A DNA stretch of 64,000 bases from an uncultured Phycisphaerales bacterium. GTDB taxonomy: Bacteria > Planctomycetota > Phycisphaerae > Tepidisphaerales > Tepidisphaeraceae. Position numbers and translations under genes: made by a program. Position 1 is the stretch's first letter. Every line of letters starts with the position of its first letter. The notes beneath the pieces were generated by a model, which saw only the letters and a program-made list of their open reading frames with translations, made no database searches and had not been told where the DNA came from. The stretch covers positions 352,001-416,000 of the forward strand of contig CAWBWQ010000001.1 in the NCBI GenBank assembly GCA_963792535.1, in the 5' to 3' direction. Shown here in pieces: positions 43,382-54,612 of the stretch.

Positions 43382-43676
43382 TCAATGAATATGCGATATG
43401 CGGGATACGTGCGGGTGGGTAGCAGCGCGCGGCGGGACGTTTGACCCGACTGCTTTGTCAATGCGCGCAATCGTCCGCGTGACGAGGTCCGCCGGCGGAC
43501 GCGATGCGGGCATCTCGCTGAGAAGATCCAGGACTTTCGAAACCTTAAGCAGACTGCTTTGCGAGACCGCCGGCGCGTGGCGTGCCGATTGACCGAGATA
43601 CCCTTGCGCCGTGGTTCAACAGCATGTCGAGGGCTTTTTCATCGTCGATTGATAGACTGCGTCTTTGTCGATGCAT
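43382..43676 (-). CDS. Small putative anti-sigma factor (frameshifted; absent from ORF track)
   Basis: MHRQRRSLSIDDEKALDMLL... then ...VLDLLSEMPASRPPADLVTRTIARID, directly downstream of the ECF sigma gene. Confidence 0.5.
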
Positions 43677-43728
43677 GAGGTCCACCTGGTGAAGGAGGCG
43701 CTGGTTCCGATACCGTGCAACGCCACTG

Positions 43729-44445
43729 TTACGACAGGAACTGACCGGGGTTCGCGGATCGCCACCGGTCTGCGAAATGTGCGACAGCCGAATGAAGCCG
43801 GGACTTTACCGTTCCCAAGGGTATATCAAGGATGTCGCTGATTTGTTTATAGGGAAATTGGTGAAAATAAGAGAGCAGCAGGATTTCCCGGAGATGCTCT
43901 GGCATCGTCGTGACGGTCGCCTGCACTTTTTGTCGTAGTTCTTTCTGAATTAACGGCTCATCCGGCGTTTCGTCGTTGCTGCTCATCAGGTCCAAGAACT
44001 CCGCGCTGTCATCATCACCGTTGTTGATAGCCGCCTGCAGGGGGTTAGTTGGACGGCGTCCGTTGGATCTGATCAGATCGCGTGCCTTATTCGCGGCAAT
44101 GGTGAACAGCCAGGGTCGAAAACGCCGTTGAACATCAAATGTCGGGGCAGATTGGTGGATCTGTAAAAATGTCTCTTGGAACACATCCTCTGCAGCAGCG
44201 CGATCGCTTAGAAAACGCACGAGGAAATGGAAGAGTTCCCTTTCATATCGACCTACAAGCTGCTTAAAGCTGTCGCGGTCACCCTTTTGGTAAGCGGCGA
44301 TGAGTTGTTCATCAGTACGGTCAGTAATGCGGGCGCCGGGCACGTCATCGGGACCGACTTGTTTAGGAATTTCCGCGTGAATCGGGACTACTGACGCACC
44401 CTGAGTTTTATGATCCCCCTGATGATGTCTTAATGCGGTTTTCAT
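43729..44445 (-). CDS. ECF RNA polymerase sigma factor
   Basis: AEDVFQETF, FRPWLFTIAAN, IPLGTVKSRLH. Confidence 0.92.
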   Translation of the reverse strand: MKTALRHHQGDHKTQGASVVPIHAEIPKQVGPDDVPGARITDRTDEQLIAAYQKGDRDSFKQLVGRYERELFHFLVRFLSDRAAAEDVFQETFLQIHQSAPTFDVQRRFRPWLFTIAANKARDLIRSNGRRPTNPLQAAINNGDDDSAEFLDLMSSNDETPDEPLIQKELRQKVQATVTTMPEHLREILLLSYFHQFPYKQISDILDIPLGTVKSRLHSAVAHFADRWRSANPGQFLS

Positions 44446-44535
44446 TGAAACCTTCCGGTAAATTCGTTACCGTGCTGCCGCCGTCGACTCGCCACCAAAC
44501 AACTAACCTGCGGCAGATTCAACGATACAAATCAT

Positions 44536-45714
44536 ATGCCGCCAATTTGCAAAGATCCTCAATTGAACGCCGCGAAAGATTCTTTTTATGGTCTCACCGC
44601 TGAAGAGGTGGATCAAAAGTGCATTGCCATGCACTGGCCAAAATTCCGCGGAAAACAGGTTCGCGACTGGGTATACGAAAAACATGTCACAGACCCCGGT
44701 GCCATGACCAATCTGTCGGCCCGCGACAGCGCTGCCCTTTCAGCAGCGTTTGTGTTGGACAACGCTGTGATCGTCAAACAACAGCAAAGTGAAGACGGCA
44801 CCCTTAAACTGCTGCTCGGCTGGAATAAAGACGGCGAGACCGCTGCTGACATTTCGAATGGAATTCCTCAAACGCAGGCCGAGACGGTGATGATCCCCGA
44901 CGCCGACCGGAGAACCGCCTGCGTGAGTTCCCAGGTGGGTTGTCCGGTGGGTTGCCGCTTCTGCGCCAGCGGAATCGGCGGTGTGAAGCGTAATCTGACG
45001 GCGGCTCAGATCGTCGAGCAGGTGATTGCGCTGAATAAAGCGTTGGCCCTCGCAAACCCAAGTCGGTTGCCGCGCGATAATCGAGTGAATCATGTCGTGT
45101 TCATGGGTATGGGTGAACCGCTGGCGAATTATGCGAATCTCATGCAGGCGATTCGCGTATTGCACGACCCGGGGTGTCTGAATATCGGCGGGCGCAAAAT
45201 CACGGTCTCCACCGTGGGCGTGCCGTCGAAGATACGCGAGCTGGCCAATGAACAACTCCCGATTAACCTGGCGATTTCGCTGCACGCGCCCGACGAAGCG
45301 CTGCGGAGGCAGTTGATCCCCTGGGCGGAGCATTTTTCGATCGATGAGATTCTCTCCGCTGCCAGGTATTACTTCGACAAGACAGGTCGCGAGATCACGC
45401 TTGAATACATTTTGCTTGCCGGTGTAAACGATCAGGCGGAGCATGCGACACAACTGGCCAGGCTATGCCGGACCCTCCGGGCAAATGTAAATCTGATTCG
45501 CTACAACGAAGTGGAAGGTCTCCCCTTCGGCAGGCCGGTGGCGCGGGATGTGGTTGTTTTTCAGGACGTTCTGCGCGAAGCAGGGGTAAATACCCATGTG
45601 CGAAAGAGTCGCGGAAGAGACATCGACGCTGCCTGCGGGCAACTGCGCCGCAAAGCAGCGGGCGAGGAACTCATAGCGATAGCGCCGGTGACAACAGCGA
45701 TCCCAAGCGAGTAA
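44536..45714 (+). CDS. rlmN: 23S rRNA/tRNA m2A methyltransferase RlmN
   Basis: CVSSQVGCPVGCRFC, MGMGEP, SLHA, DIDAACGQL. Confidence 0.95.
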   Translation: MPPICKDPQLNAAKDSFYGLTAEEVDQKCIAMHWPKFRGKQVRDWVYEKHVTDPGAMTNLSARDSAALSAAFVLDNAVIVKQQQSEDGTLKLLLGWNKDGETAADISNGIPQTQAETVMIPDADRRTACVSSQVGCPVGCRFCASGIGGVKRNLTAAQIVEQVIALNKALALANPSRLPRDNRVNHVVFMGMGEPLANYANLMQAIRVLHDPGCLNIGGRKITVSTVGVPSKIRELANEQLPINLAISLHAPDEALRRQLIPWAEHFSIDEILSAARYYFDKTGREITLEYILLAGVNDQAEHATQLARLCRTLRANVNLIRYNEVEGLPFGRPVARDVVVFQDVLREAGVNTHVRKSRGRDIDAACGQLRRKAAGEELIAIAPVTTAIPSE

Positions 45715-45814
45715 ATGCCGGCAAACTGGGGTAGATTGCTCGTTTAATACGCCAATAAAGTGCAAAATACCGGGGGATTTCGCTTCTGGCGACACTTGGT
45801 TTAAGCTACAGATC

Positions 45815-46486
45815 ATGAGGTACAAATCCATTCTGTTGTTTGGCGCACCGGGAAGTGGCAAAGGAACCCAGGGCAAAATCCTCGGATCGATCCCGGGTTT
45901 TTATCACAACGCGACGGGCGACATTTTCCGGTCGCTGGATTTACAAAGCGAGATGGGCCGTGTTTTCTGGGAATACGCGGGCCGGGGCCAGCTGGTGCCC
46001 GACGCGATCACGATCAAACTGTGGACGCAGTACATCAAGGGAATGGAGATGATCAACCAGTTCCGGCCGGAATCGGAAATCCTCGTGCTGGATGGTTTGC
46101 CGCGCGATCTCGAGCAGGCCAAGCTGGTGGAAGATACGATTGATGTGCAGAAGGTGATTTACCTGCGTTGCGCGGACCTGGGAAAAATGGTCGAGCGTCT
46201 GCGTCGCCGGGCTTTGAAAGAAAACCGGTTCGACGATGCCAACGATGAAGTAATTCATCGCCGGCTCGTGGAGTACGAGGCCAAAACGCGACCGGTACTG
46301 GATTTCTATCCAGCTCATAAAATAGAACGGATTGACGCGACAATGTCGCAGATCCGCGTGCTGGGAGATATTTTGAAAGTGCTCGTGCCTATCAAAGAAG
46401 CGCACGATGAGCGGCACCTGGCGATGGACGGCAAGGCCGTCAGTGCAACCAGCGCGGCGGCGTCGGTCATGGTGGCGGGCAACTGA
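45815..46486 (+). CDS. adk: Adenylate kinase-family nucleoside monophosphate kinase (short LID)
   Basis: GAPGSGKGTQ, G.LVPD, LDGLPR, R.DD. Confidence 0.8.
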   Translation: MRYKSILLFGAPGSGKGTQGKILGSIPGFYHNATGDIFRSLDLQSEMGRVFWEYAGRGQLVPDAITIKLWTQYIKGMEMINQFRPESEILVLDGLPRDLEQAKLVEDTIDVQKVIYLRCADLGKMVERLRRRALKENRFDDANDEVIHRRLVEYEAKTRPVLDFYPAHKIERIDATMSQIRVLGDILKVLVPIKEAHDERHLAMDGKAVSATSAAASVMVAGN

Positions 46487-46552
46487 TCAGCTTTACTGCG
46501 CGATATTCCTGCCGCGTTACCGCCCGTTCCAATCTTCAGCAACCTGATGCTG

Positions 46553-49500
46553 TCAGACCAGCCGGATCTGGCGCGGGTCAAAAAGACCAGCGCCGAATTC
46601 ACCACAGGCCTGCTGGTGATTTTGTGCACCGCCTTGCGATAGAGATCCAACTGCGCGGTGTAAAGTGCGGCCCGGTCGTCCAGCGCGGTGCCGCTGACGC
46701 GGTCGGTTTTGTAATCCACGATCATCCAGCCTCCCTCGACCGGGACCAGGAGATCGATCCGCCCGCGGATCATCTGCTGATCCAATGGTTCGGTGGATTC
46801 GGTTGTTTCTGATAGATTCGCATAGTAGATCGGCAATTCGCGATGCAGGCGGTTGGCGTTGTCGCGGATGAGTTTTCCGATATCTGATTCGAGAAACCAT
46901 TCAAGCGCCGACATATCGACAAGAGCTGCCTGAGCATCAGTCAGGCGGCGGGTGTCAATCAAATGCTTAATCTGCGCAGAGATGGAATCCGTACCCTGCG
47001 CGAAATCGAAATGCTCCAGTACCGCATGGATGGCAGTCCCCTTATCGGCGGCGTTGGGCGGCAGTTCGCCGACCAGAAATTGTGGCTGCGCGAGCGGACT
47101 GTCTCCCGTGTTCGATGCGACCGACGACGTGCTGAGCTGCACACTGTTTTTAACAAGGCTGGTGACCGACGCGGAGGCAGCGAGATGGGCCACCGCCTGA
47201 TGTGGATAAACAGCAGTCAGCCGCGCGATGAGTTGTCGCGCCTCTTCACTTAGCAGCGGCGCGGGATCGAGCGGTTGTCCCAGTGCCTGCGATGTCTGCT
47301 GCGGCGTCAGTTCAGGCGGTGTTGAATGTGCGCCGGCCCAGCCGGCCAATTCATCGGGGGTATACTGCTGCACATTGAACTGACTGGGTAATAAACTCGC
47401 CACTGGCGCGAGCCAGTCGAGCGGAGCCTTCGCACCAAGGATCATTTCTGTCGGCATCGGACCGTGGTGACCGAGCCACTGCTGGGACCAGTCGGCGGCC
47501 TGCTTATCGGTGCAGGAGCCAGCCAGAATCAGATGCTCCTTCGCGCGGGTCATGGCGACATACAGCACGCGCAGTTCCTCAGCCAGCGCTTGCTGGCGAA
47601 GACGCTGTTGAACGACTGTGAACGCCAGCGAGGGATAACGGATTTGCCGAATGGGATCGACGACCTGAAAGCCCAGGCCCGCCGCTCGATCCAGCAAAAT
47701 CGTTCCCTGGCAGTCGCGCAGGTTGATGGCTTTGCCCAGGTCAGGCAGCAGTACAACGGGAAATTCCTGCCCCTTGGACCGATGGACGGTCATGATGCGA
47801 ACGACGTCCTCGGCCTGACTGGCGATGGACGCCTGCCCCAGATCGGTCTCCTGCTTCAGCTTTTCGAGAAAAGCGAGAAATCGCCCGAGCCCCTGGCGCT
47901 CGAACGAGCCGAACTGCGTTGCGCGATCGTGCAACTCGGTCAGGTTTGCCTGTCGTTGCTGGCCATTAGGGAGCCCGGTGACGTAGGCGAGATAGCCGGT
48001 CTGGTCGTAAATATTCCACAACACCTCAGCGACCGGGCGCTGGCGGGAGTCCTGACGCCACACGCGAAGTTTTTCGCGAAAATTCCGCAAAAAAAGCGCC
48101 AGGTCGTCTGTCTTTTCGTCGGCGTATTTCTGCACCGCGAGATGAAACGGCACGGGTGGATCGCCTTGATACGCCTGGCGAATGCGCGCGAGTTTTTCCT
48201 CAGCCCGGTCAAGGCCGGCGATGGGGCTGCGAAGCAGCGCGGCAAGCGGAATGTCTTGGCGCTGGTTATCCAGCACCGCCAGCAGGGAAAGAATGTCGTT
48301 AACTTCGGTGGCTTCGAAATATCCGCTGGCGCTTTCGGTGTAAACGGGTATCGACATCCGCCGAAGGACAGCAGCATATTGATCGGCTTTGAAACGCATC
48401 GCACGCAGGAGAATGACGATATCCCCAAACCGGACCGGTCGGACCACCGGATGTGCGCCGGCGCGATCAACGATCTGTTTCGCGGGCTGGTCCGCGCGGC
48501 CCATGATTTCAAGGATGCGTTTACCGAGGAGCATCGCTTCGCGATCCACCTGGTCGAGATCGGTTTCGTCGCTGTCGGTATCGGCAGGCGTGCCCGCATT
48601 GCCGCGCAAACCAGGTGCAACTCAACCGGCGAACCGGTAAAGCCCGGGTCGAGAGCCGGAAATGTCTGCGCCGCAATCAGCTTTTGCGCTTCATCGTAAT
48701 TCAGATCGGCAGCTTCCTCGGTCATCAGGCGCTGGAACACATTGTTAATCGTTTCGAGCAGAGGCGCACGGCTGCGGAAATTGGCCTGCAGATCGATGAC
48801 CTGACCGTTACTGCCGGCTGTTTGATACGCAGCGCGTCGGTTCAAAAACTGCGCCGTCTCTGCCAGTCGAAAACGATAGATGCTTTGTTTCACATCACCG
48901 ACGCAAAACAGATTCCGCGGAAGACCGGGGGAAGGTTTGAGGCATTCACGGCTGACCAGCGAGAGAATCGCGTCCTGCACCTGGTTGATGTCCTGATATT
49001 CGTCCACCAGCACATGCTTGAACTGGTGATGAAAACTACGGGCCAGCGGTGAGGGTGATGTCGATCCTTCGATTCGCAGGCAGCGAAGCGTCAGTTGCTC
49101 AAGATCGGCAAAATCCAACCGGGCGGTTTCGTCCTTGGCAGCGGTATATTTTTCGGCAAAGCCTGAGACCAGCGACAGAAACACATCGACATGCGGAAGC
49201 GTGAGCCGAAGTCCTTCCTTCCATTCGTCGACGCTGAACAAGAGGCTTTTGCGCCACTTGCCAGACTTCATTTCCGAGCGGATCGCGTCGACATGCGCTT
49301 TGGCGATGTCCTTGTTAGGTACCGTGGCCGCGACGGGCCTCAGGCGAGGAAATTCGATCAGCGCCGCCTCGCCGGCAAGCGCGTCAATCCCGTCCGAATC
49401 GAGAACGCTGAGCCAGTGATTGAGGGTCGTCCAGCGATCGCGGAGATCCTGCACGTAGTCGGGGAAATTTTTCAGTGCCTTTACCGATTCGCCAGCCTGG

Positions 49501-50222
49501 GCACACCGCTGGAGGATGGAAGCAAGATCGCGACGGATGCTGGCGAGATACGCCTGACCCAGTTCACTTTTTTCGATAGGAAGATCGATTGCCTGTTCTA
49601 TGCGGACGCGGGCGTCTTCGAGCCAGCCCGCAGGATCGACGACGCTGCACAGCGTGTCGTAGGCGCGCACGACCTGACGGACAAGGCGGTCGTCATCACC
49701 GTCGGCGTAGCAGTCGACGGCATTTCGGAATGCGTCATCGGCGGGATCATCGTACCGATCGGCAAACAGATCGCGGGCGGTGTCGAGCTTCAGCAGCGAT
49801 GCTTCGTCGGCATCGAGAATGCGGAATTCAGGATCGAGGCCAAGCAGATGAAAATGCTGGCGAAGCACCCGGGAACAGAAGGCGTGGAGAGTGCCGATAT
49901 TCGCCCGGTCCAGCAAAGCCAGATGCCGCTGCGTGCGTTCATCGGGCTTTTGGGCATACCGTGATGAAAGCGAGCGGGAAATCCGTGCTTTCATCTCCGC
50001 GGCGGCTGCCTCGGTGAAGGTGACGACGAGCAGGTCGCTGACCTCACAGGGTGAATCGGCATCGAAAAGCAGGTGAAGGCAGCGCTCGGCCAGCACACTG
50101 GTTTTGCCAGACCCCGCAGCGGCCGAGACGAGCAGGCTGGTGCCGGCCGTTTTTATCGCGCTCCATTGCGCGGGTGTCCACTGATGTGCCTGGGATTCAA
50201 TGGTGGTCGATGCAGATGTCAT
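46553..50222 (-). CDS. addA: Helicase-nuclease AddA (frameshifts near 48605 and 46577)
   Basis: SAAAGSGKT, VDEYQD, VGDVKQSIYRFR, MTVHRSKG, LYVAMTRA, RGRIDL...IVDYKTD. Confidence 0.9.
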
Positions 50223-50358
50223 GGTGCCCCGGCGTCAGAATGTATCCGATGGAACACGTTATGGCATCAGTGCGGTTTGGTTCAGAGAGTGCTGATAAAA
50301 CGGTAACCCCGGCGCATGTCAGGGTGTTCGAATTTCCAAGTGACTTGATGTTGAAAAT

Positions 50359-51138
50359 TTACTTCGTGAAGAATCGGGTGATTGCGTAAACAGTGGCCTG
50401 CCGCTGGATGCTGGCGATGCTTTCAAGCAGGGGGATCTGCTTGGGGCAGACCTGAACGCAATTGCCAGCTTTGCCGCAGTCGGCGACGCCGCCCGCTTCC
50501 ATCAGGGTTTCCAGACGTTCGTTCTTCAGCGTCGATCCGACAGGGTGGTCATTGAACAACCGCGCCTGACTGATGACAGCGGCGCCGACAAACTGGTTGG
50601 TAGCGGTGTACTGAGGACAGGCCTCAAGGCAGCAGCCGCAGGAGATACAGCGCGACAGTGGATAGCGTTCTTCCTGAAGTTCCTGCGAGATCGGTGCGCC
50701 GGAGCCGATGTTGTAAGTGCCATCGATGGGAACCCAGGCTTTAACGCGTTTGAGGTCATCGAACAGCCGCGTGCGATCGACGAACAGATCGCGGACAATG
50801 GGAAACTTGCTCATCGGTTCCAGCGTGATCGGTTCATCGAGCTTATCCACCAGCGCGGAGCAGGATTGACGCGTCTTCCCGTTGATGAGCATCGTGCAGG
50901 CACCGCAAACCTCTTCAAGACATCCACTATCCCAGACAGGAGTGGTCGTTGAGGTGCCGTCGACAGTAACCGGGTGAGCGGCGATGTATTGCAAACACGA
51001 AATGATGTTCATGTTCGCGCGATAGGGGACGGCAAACTCTTCGTATCTGTGCGGTTTATTAGGCCCGTCCTGGCGGCGGATGCGGATGCGGACCATTCGA
51101 TCAGAGGTAGCCTGCGTTTCTGACACGGTCGGGTTCAT
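50359..51138 (-). CDS. sdhB: Succinate dehydrogenase iron-sulfur subunit
   Basis: CLEEVCGAC, CISCGCCLEACP, CGKAGNCVQVCP. Confidence 0.92.
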   Translation of the reverse strand: MNPTVSETQATSDRMVRIRIRRQDGPNKPHRYEEFAVPYRANMNIISCLQYIAAHPVTVDGTSTTTPVWDSGCLEEVCGACTMLINGKTRQSCSALVDKLDEPITLEPMSKFPIVRDLFVDRTRLFDDLKRVKAWVPIDGTYNIGSGAPISQELQEERYPLSRCISCGCCLEACPQYTATNQFVGAAVISQARLFNDHPVGSTLKNERLETLMEAGGVADCGKAGNCVQVCPKQIPLLESIASIQRQATVYAITRFFTK

Positions 51139-51265
51139 AAACGAATAGTACGTACGCTGAGGCACAGTCACAAGCGAGCGGCGGCTTTGCAGCGATTTTG
51201 AAAGGACCCCTGCTCGATTACCTCCGGCGGGGAGATTCCAGCAAGCGGCAATTCGCCAACCCCGA

Positions 51266-53117
51266 TCACATATTCGGCCCACCCGGCGATCCCGCGGCGG
51301 CGGCGGGTTTGGCTTGCTGCACATAAAGGGCGTACAGGCGGTGATATTCCGCGCTGTGCTGATCCAGGGTCAACTGCTTTTTCTTAACCGCGCCATTATC
51401 GCTTACGAGCAGAATCGTTTTGTTGTCTTCATCGCGCGGGTCATCACGCACATCAACAAGGGTCCAACCGGTGGTGAAATCGGTGTTTGTTCCGGCGGCG
51501 TCGACGTTACCGACCATATCCCCGGGCGTCGACACAACATCCTCCATCTGCCAGACGCCGTTCTTCCATTTGAAGATGCTGAAGTGAATCCCATGTCCCT
51601 TAACATCGACAGCGAAAAAGCTCGTATCGGATTCCACATTAACCGGGCTGGTCCATGTACTGTCGGCGCTATCCAGGGAAAACTGCTGTGCCAGGCTCGG
51701 GTCTTTGCAGAGGTTGCTTGTATGAGCCACTGGATTCGCCAGGACATACTTAAGCATGTAGCGGTAGGTGTGGCCCGCCTGCACGGTGGCGTCATGTGCC
51801 CAGACTTTGATATCGCCTTGCTGCGACGGGTCAAAAGAACCCGACGGCAGCGTCGCCGCCGACACTGCCGGGTTGGCGGGCGGTACGGGTTGAGCACCGC
51901 CCTGATACGGCGGAGCAAACGGATCGGCGCACCGGCACTGGGCAGACTCGGGGGCATCAGCATATCGCCAGGGCCACCACGCTGACCGTCGGCGGCCAAT
52001 CCGCGCCGACCGCGGCTGCTGCCCCGACTCCCCGACGGGTTGTATCCCGGCGCCATTGGATCATTGAGCGGTTGCTGCTGGTTGGGCGTGGGACGGACAT
52101 TCTTCTGATTGGCGGCCTTGATCGCCTGCCTTCGCATGTAGGCTTCGTAGAGCTCGCGTTCCTTGGGGGTCAGAAGATTTGGGTCGCCTTTGTAAGATCC
52201 GGGATCCTTCGGATCGAAACCGGAATCTATCACCGAATTGTCGGTCTGGTGCGGATCGGCCGACCCGGGCTCATACCAGGCGTCGCCTTGCAGCACCTGG
52301 TAAAACGGCGGTTGGCAGATGAGGGGAACGTTGGTCTCCGCCCAGCGCGATAGTCGCTTTGGTCGGTTGGTTTCGACTTGTTGTCCGGCAGGTCTTTCAG
52401 CTGATTGATTTCCAGCGACGGCATGGTGGTGGGGGCGCTCCAGGTGCCATCCCCTTTCTTTTCCTCGCGAACCAGTTCAACTCTTAAAACGCATGTCATC
52501 TTGAAAGACGGAGGAATCTTCGCATCGTCAAACGACTTGGAAATTAAACTGACTGGAATTGTTCCCTCGATCGTTTCCCAGTTTTTGTCCACGGCCTGTA
52601 CTGTCGAGACCGGAGAGGCCGTGGCACCGGTGGCCATGGGCTGGGGCGCGGGAACATTGGAGTGACCGTAAGCGCTCTTAATATCAGTGATCGGAGGGAG
52701 GCTCGGCAGGACTTCCACCAGCACCTTGCCGTGGGGCGTATTGGAGGCGGTGGTCTCCGATTCAACTTCCGGCACGGGCCCGATCGGTGTCCAGGGCGTT
52801 TGGAAATGTGTGACAATTGTCTTGTTGTCCGGATGCGGCAGGAACGCATTGCCTGCGCTGGGCCCAAGGTCGGGTGACGGCTGGGGAATCGCCGCGACGG
52901 TTTTATCGTTGAGTTGATTCTGCAGCGCCTGACCGGGGCCATTCCATACCAGGGGGTCCACTTCCGCCGGCGAGACGTCGCTGGAAGATCCGACATTGGC
53001 GACGCTGACGGGCTTTTTCAGGATGTAGAAATAAACGGTGTATCCGAGGAACGCGAGCCCCAGCGCCATGGCGAGCCATTGAACGTAGGACTCAAGGAAT
53101 TTTTTCACTTTTTCCAT
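51266..53117 (-). CDS. Membrane-anchored hypothetical protein of the pilM cluster (several frameshifts)
   Basis: N-terminal TM helix, Pro/Gly-rich linkers, C-terminal DATVQAGHTYRY beta domain; co-oriented with pilM. Confidence 0.6.
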
Positions 53118-53190
53118 GTTCGTTTCCCAACTCTCTTAACGACTCTTGCGTGCGTATCACAATACCGAGCAACGGATTGCCTGCTGCGTG

Positions 53191-54612
53191 TCATCGGACA
53201 AAAGCGGGGGCCCCCGGCGACATTCCGCCCGGCCCGGCCATTCCGGGTTTTGGTTGAAGCAATCCCAACGCGATTTTGATTCCATCGGGCATCAGCTTGG
53301 TAGTCCAGCTACGCATGAAAAGCTCTTCACCTTCCAGTTGAAGCCGAACCGCGGTGCCGGGTCCGTAGAGGTACCCGCGGGCGGCCTCCGTGTCGGCGTT
53401 CAACGCGAAGATGTTCTGATTGGTGATCGTAATCATTCGACCCGTGGACAGTGACTCGATGAACTCATTGACCCGTGAGGAATCGACATCAACTACCAGG
53501 TTAAATCGCACGACATCATACAGTCCGTTGGAATATCGACCCGTTGCCGAGACGGTATAAATCGGGGGGATGGCGGTTTTATCATCCCCGGTGGCGGGCA
53601 TATTAGCGATGCCGCCTCCGCCCATTCCGCCTCCCATGCCACCCGCCGCCGACGCCGGGGGAAAGGTATACATTGGAGCCGCGGGAACCTGGATCGCGAT
53701 CAACCGCTTGACTTCAGCATCGAAGATGTTGGTCGCATTCTTGTTGGCTTCCGCGATCGCGGTCGCCAGGTCCTGTTGAATCCATAACTGCATCTGGGCA
53801 TACCAGATGTCATTCAGCGGTGAACCGGATGTGGAGGAAATGACGGGGTTCACTGTGAAGGCGTCCGCTTCAACGTACATCTTGTGCTTCTTTGCAACCT
53901 CGGCTTTGAGCTTCTGCGGCAATCGGGCCGCCTCGACCGCAAAACGGGACGAGAGATCCTGAAGGTTCGTTTCTTTCCCGTTCATCGTGATGATGTCCGG
54001 CTCATAGGAATTGGTCCACAACGCATGAGCGGCCTGGTTGATCTGGTCGGGCGTAGGAGGCAGAACTCCGTTGAGGACATCATTACGGAGATTCAGAGCC
54101 TTGAAGTTGGCCAGCATCGGGTCCGGTGAGATCGGCGGGGTAGCAGCTGCATCGCCGACGCCGGTGACGGCGGGGTCGGTGTTCAGGACCTGCTTGTACA
54201 CCCCTCCGAAATTGATCGGGGAGGTGTCATACCTGTTTTTTGGAAGCACATCGGGAACCAGCGGGTCGTGCCCCTTGCGATTGAGCGTGCTCACGCTTTC
54301 CAGCATCTGATCGCTGGCTGCGGCGAATTTTTTGACTGCTTCATTCGCCAGCGCGATGGTGCTGGTGTTGGGGAAACCGTGCAACTTGCCCGGATCGGTC
54401 TGGTTGGGATCGGTAATGGGAAACGAGCGAGCTTTGTCGTATGCGCTGAGCGCCTGATACGCGTTGGAGTGATCGATTGCATCGTTCTGCAGCGTCTCGA
54501 GCATTCCGCCCAGTGGATAGAACAGCAACACGATCGCAATGATCGCAACCAGACCGCAGGACAGGGCTAAAACGTTTTTCTTGATGAAAGCAAAAATCAC
54601 TTCTTTGTTCAT
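53191..54612 (-). CDS. Membrane-anchored PilO-like protein of the pilM cluster
   Basis: N-terminal TM, IWYAQMQLWIQ, Gly/Met-rich loop; overlaps upstream stop. Confidence 0.55.
   Translation of the reverse strand: MNKEVIFAFIKKNVLALSCGLVAIIAIVLLFYPLGGMLETLQNDAIDHSNAYQALSAYDKARSFPITDPNQTDPGKLHGFPNTSTIALANEAVKKFAAASDQMLESVSTLNRKGHDPLVPDVLPKNRYDTSPINFGGVYKQVLNTDPAVTGVGDAAATPPISPDPMLANFKALNLRNDVLNGVLPPTPDQINQAAHALWTNSYEPDIITMNGKETNLQDLSSRFAVEAARLPQKLKAEVAKKHKMYVEADAFTVNPVISSTSGSPLNDIWYAQMQLWIQQDLATAIAEANKNATNIFDAEVKRLIAIQVPAAPMYTFPPASAAGGMGGGMGGGGIANMPATGDDKTAIPPIYTVSATGRYSNGLYDVVRFNLVVDVDSSRVNEFIESLSTGRMITITNQNIFALNADTEAARGYLYGPGTAVRLQLEGEELFMRSWTTKLMPDGIKIALGLLQPKPGMAGPGGMSPGAPAFVR

Noticed and set aside
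31845..48699. Long antisense ORFs (e.g. 31845-32975, 36822-38075, 47464-48699)
   Set aside because: Shadow frames of well-supported genes on the opposite strand in GC-rich DNA; no motifs.
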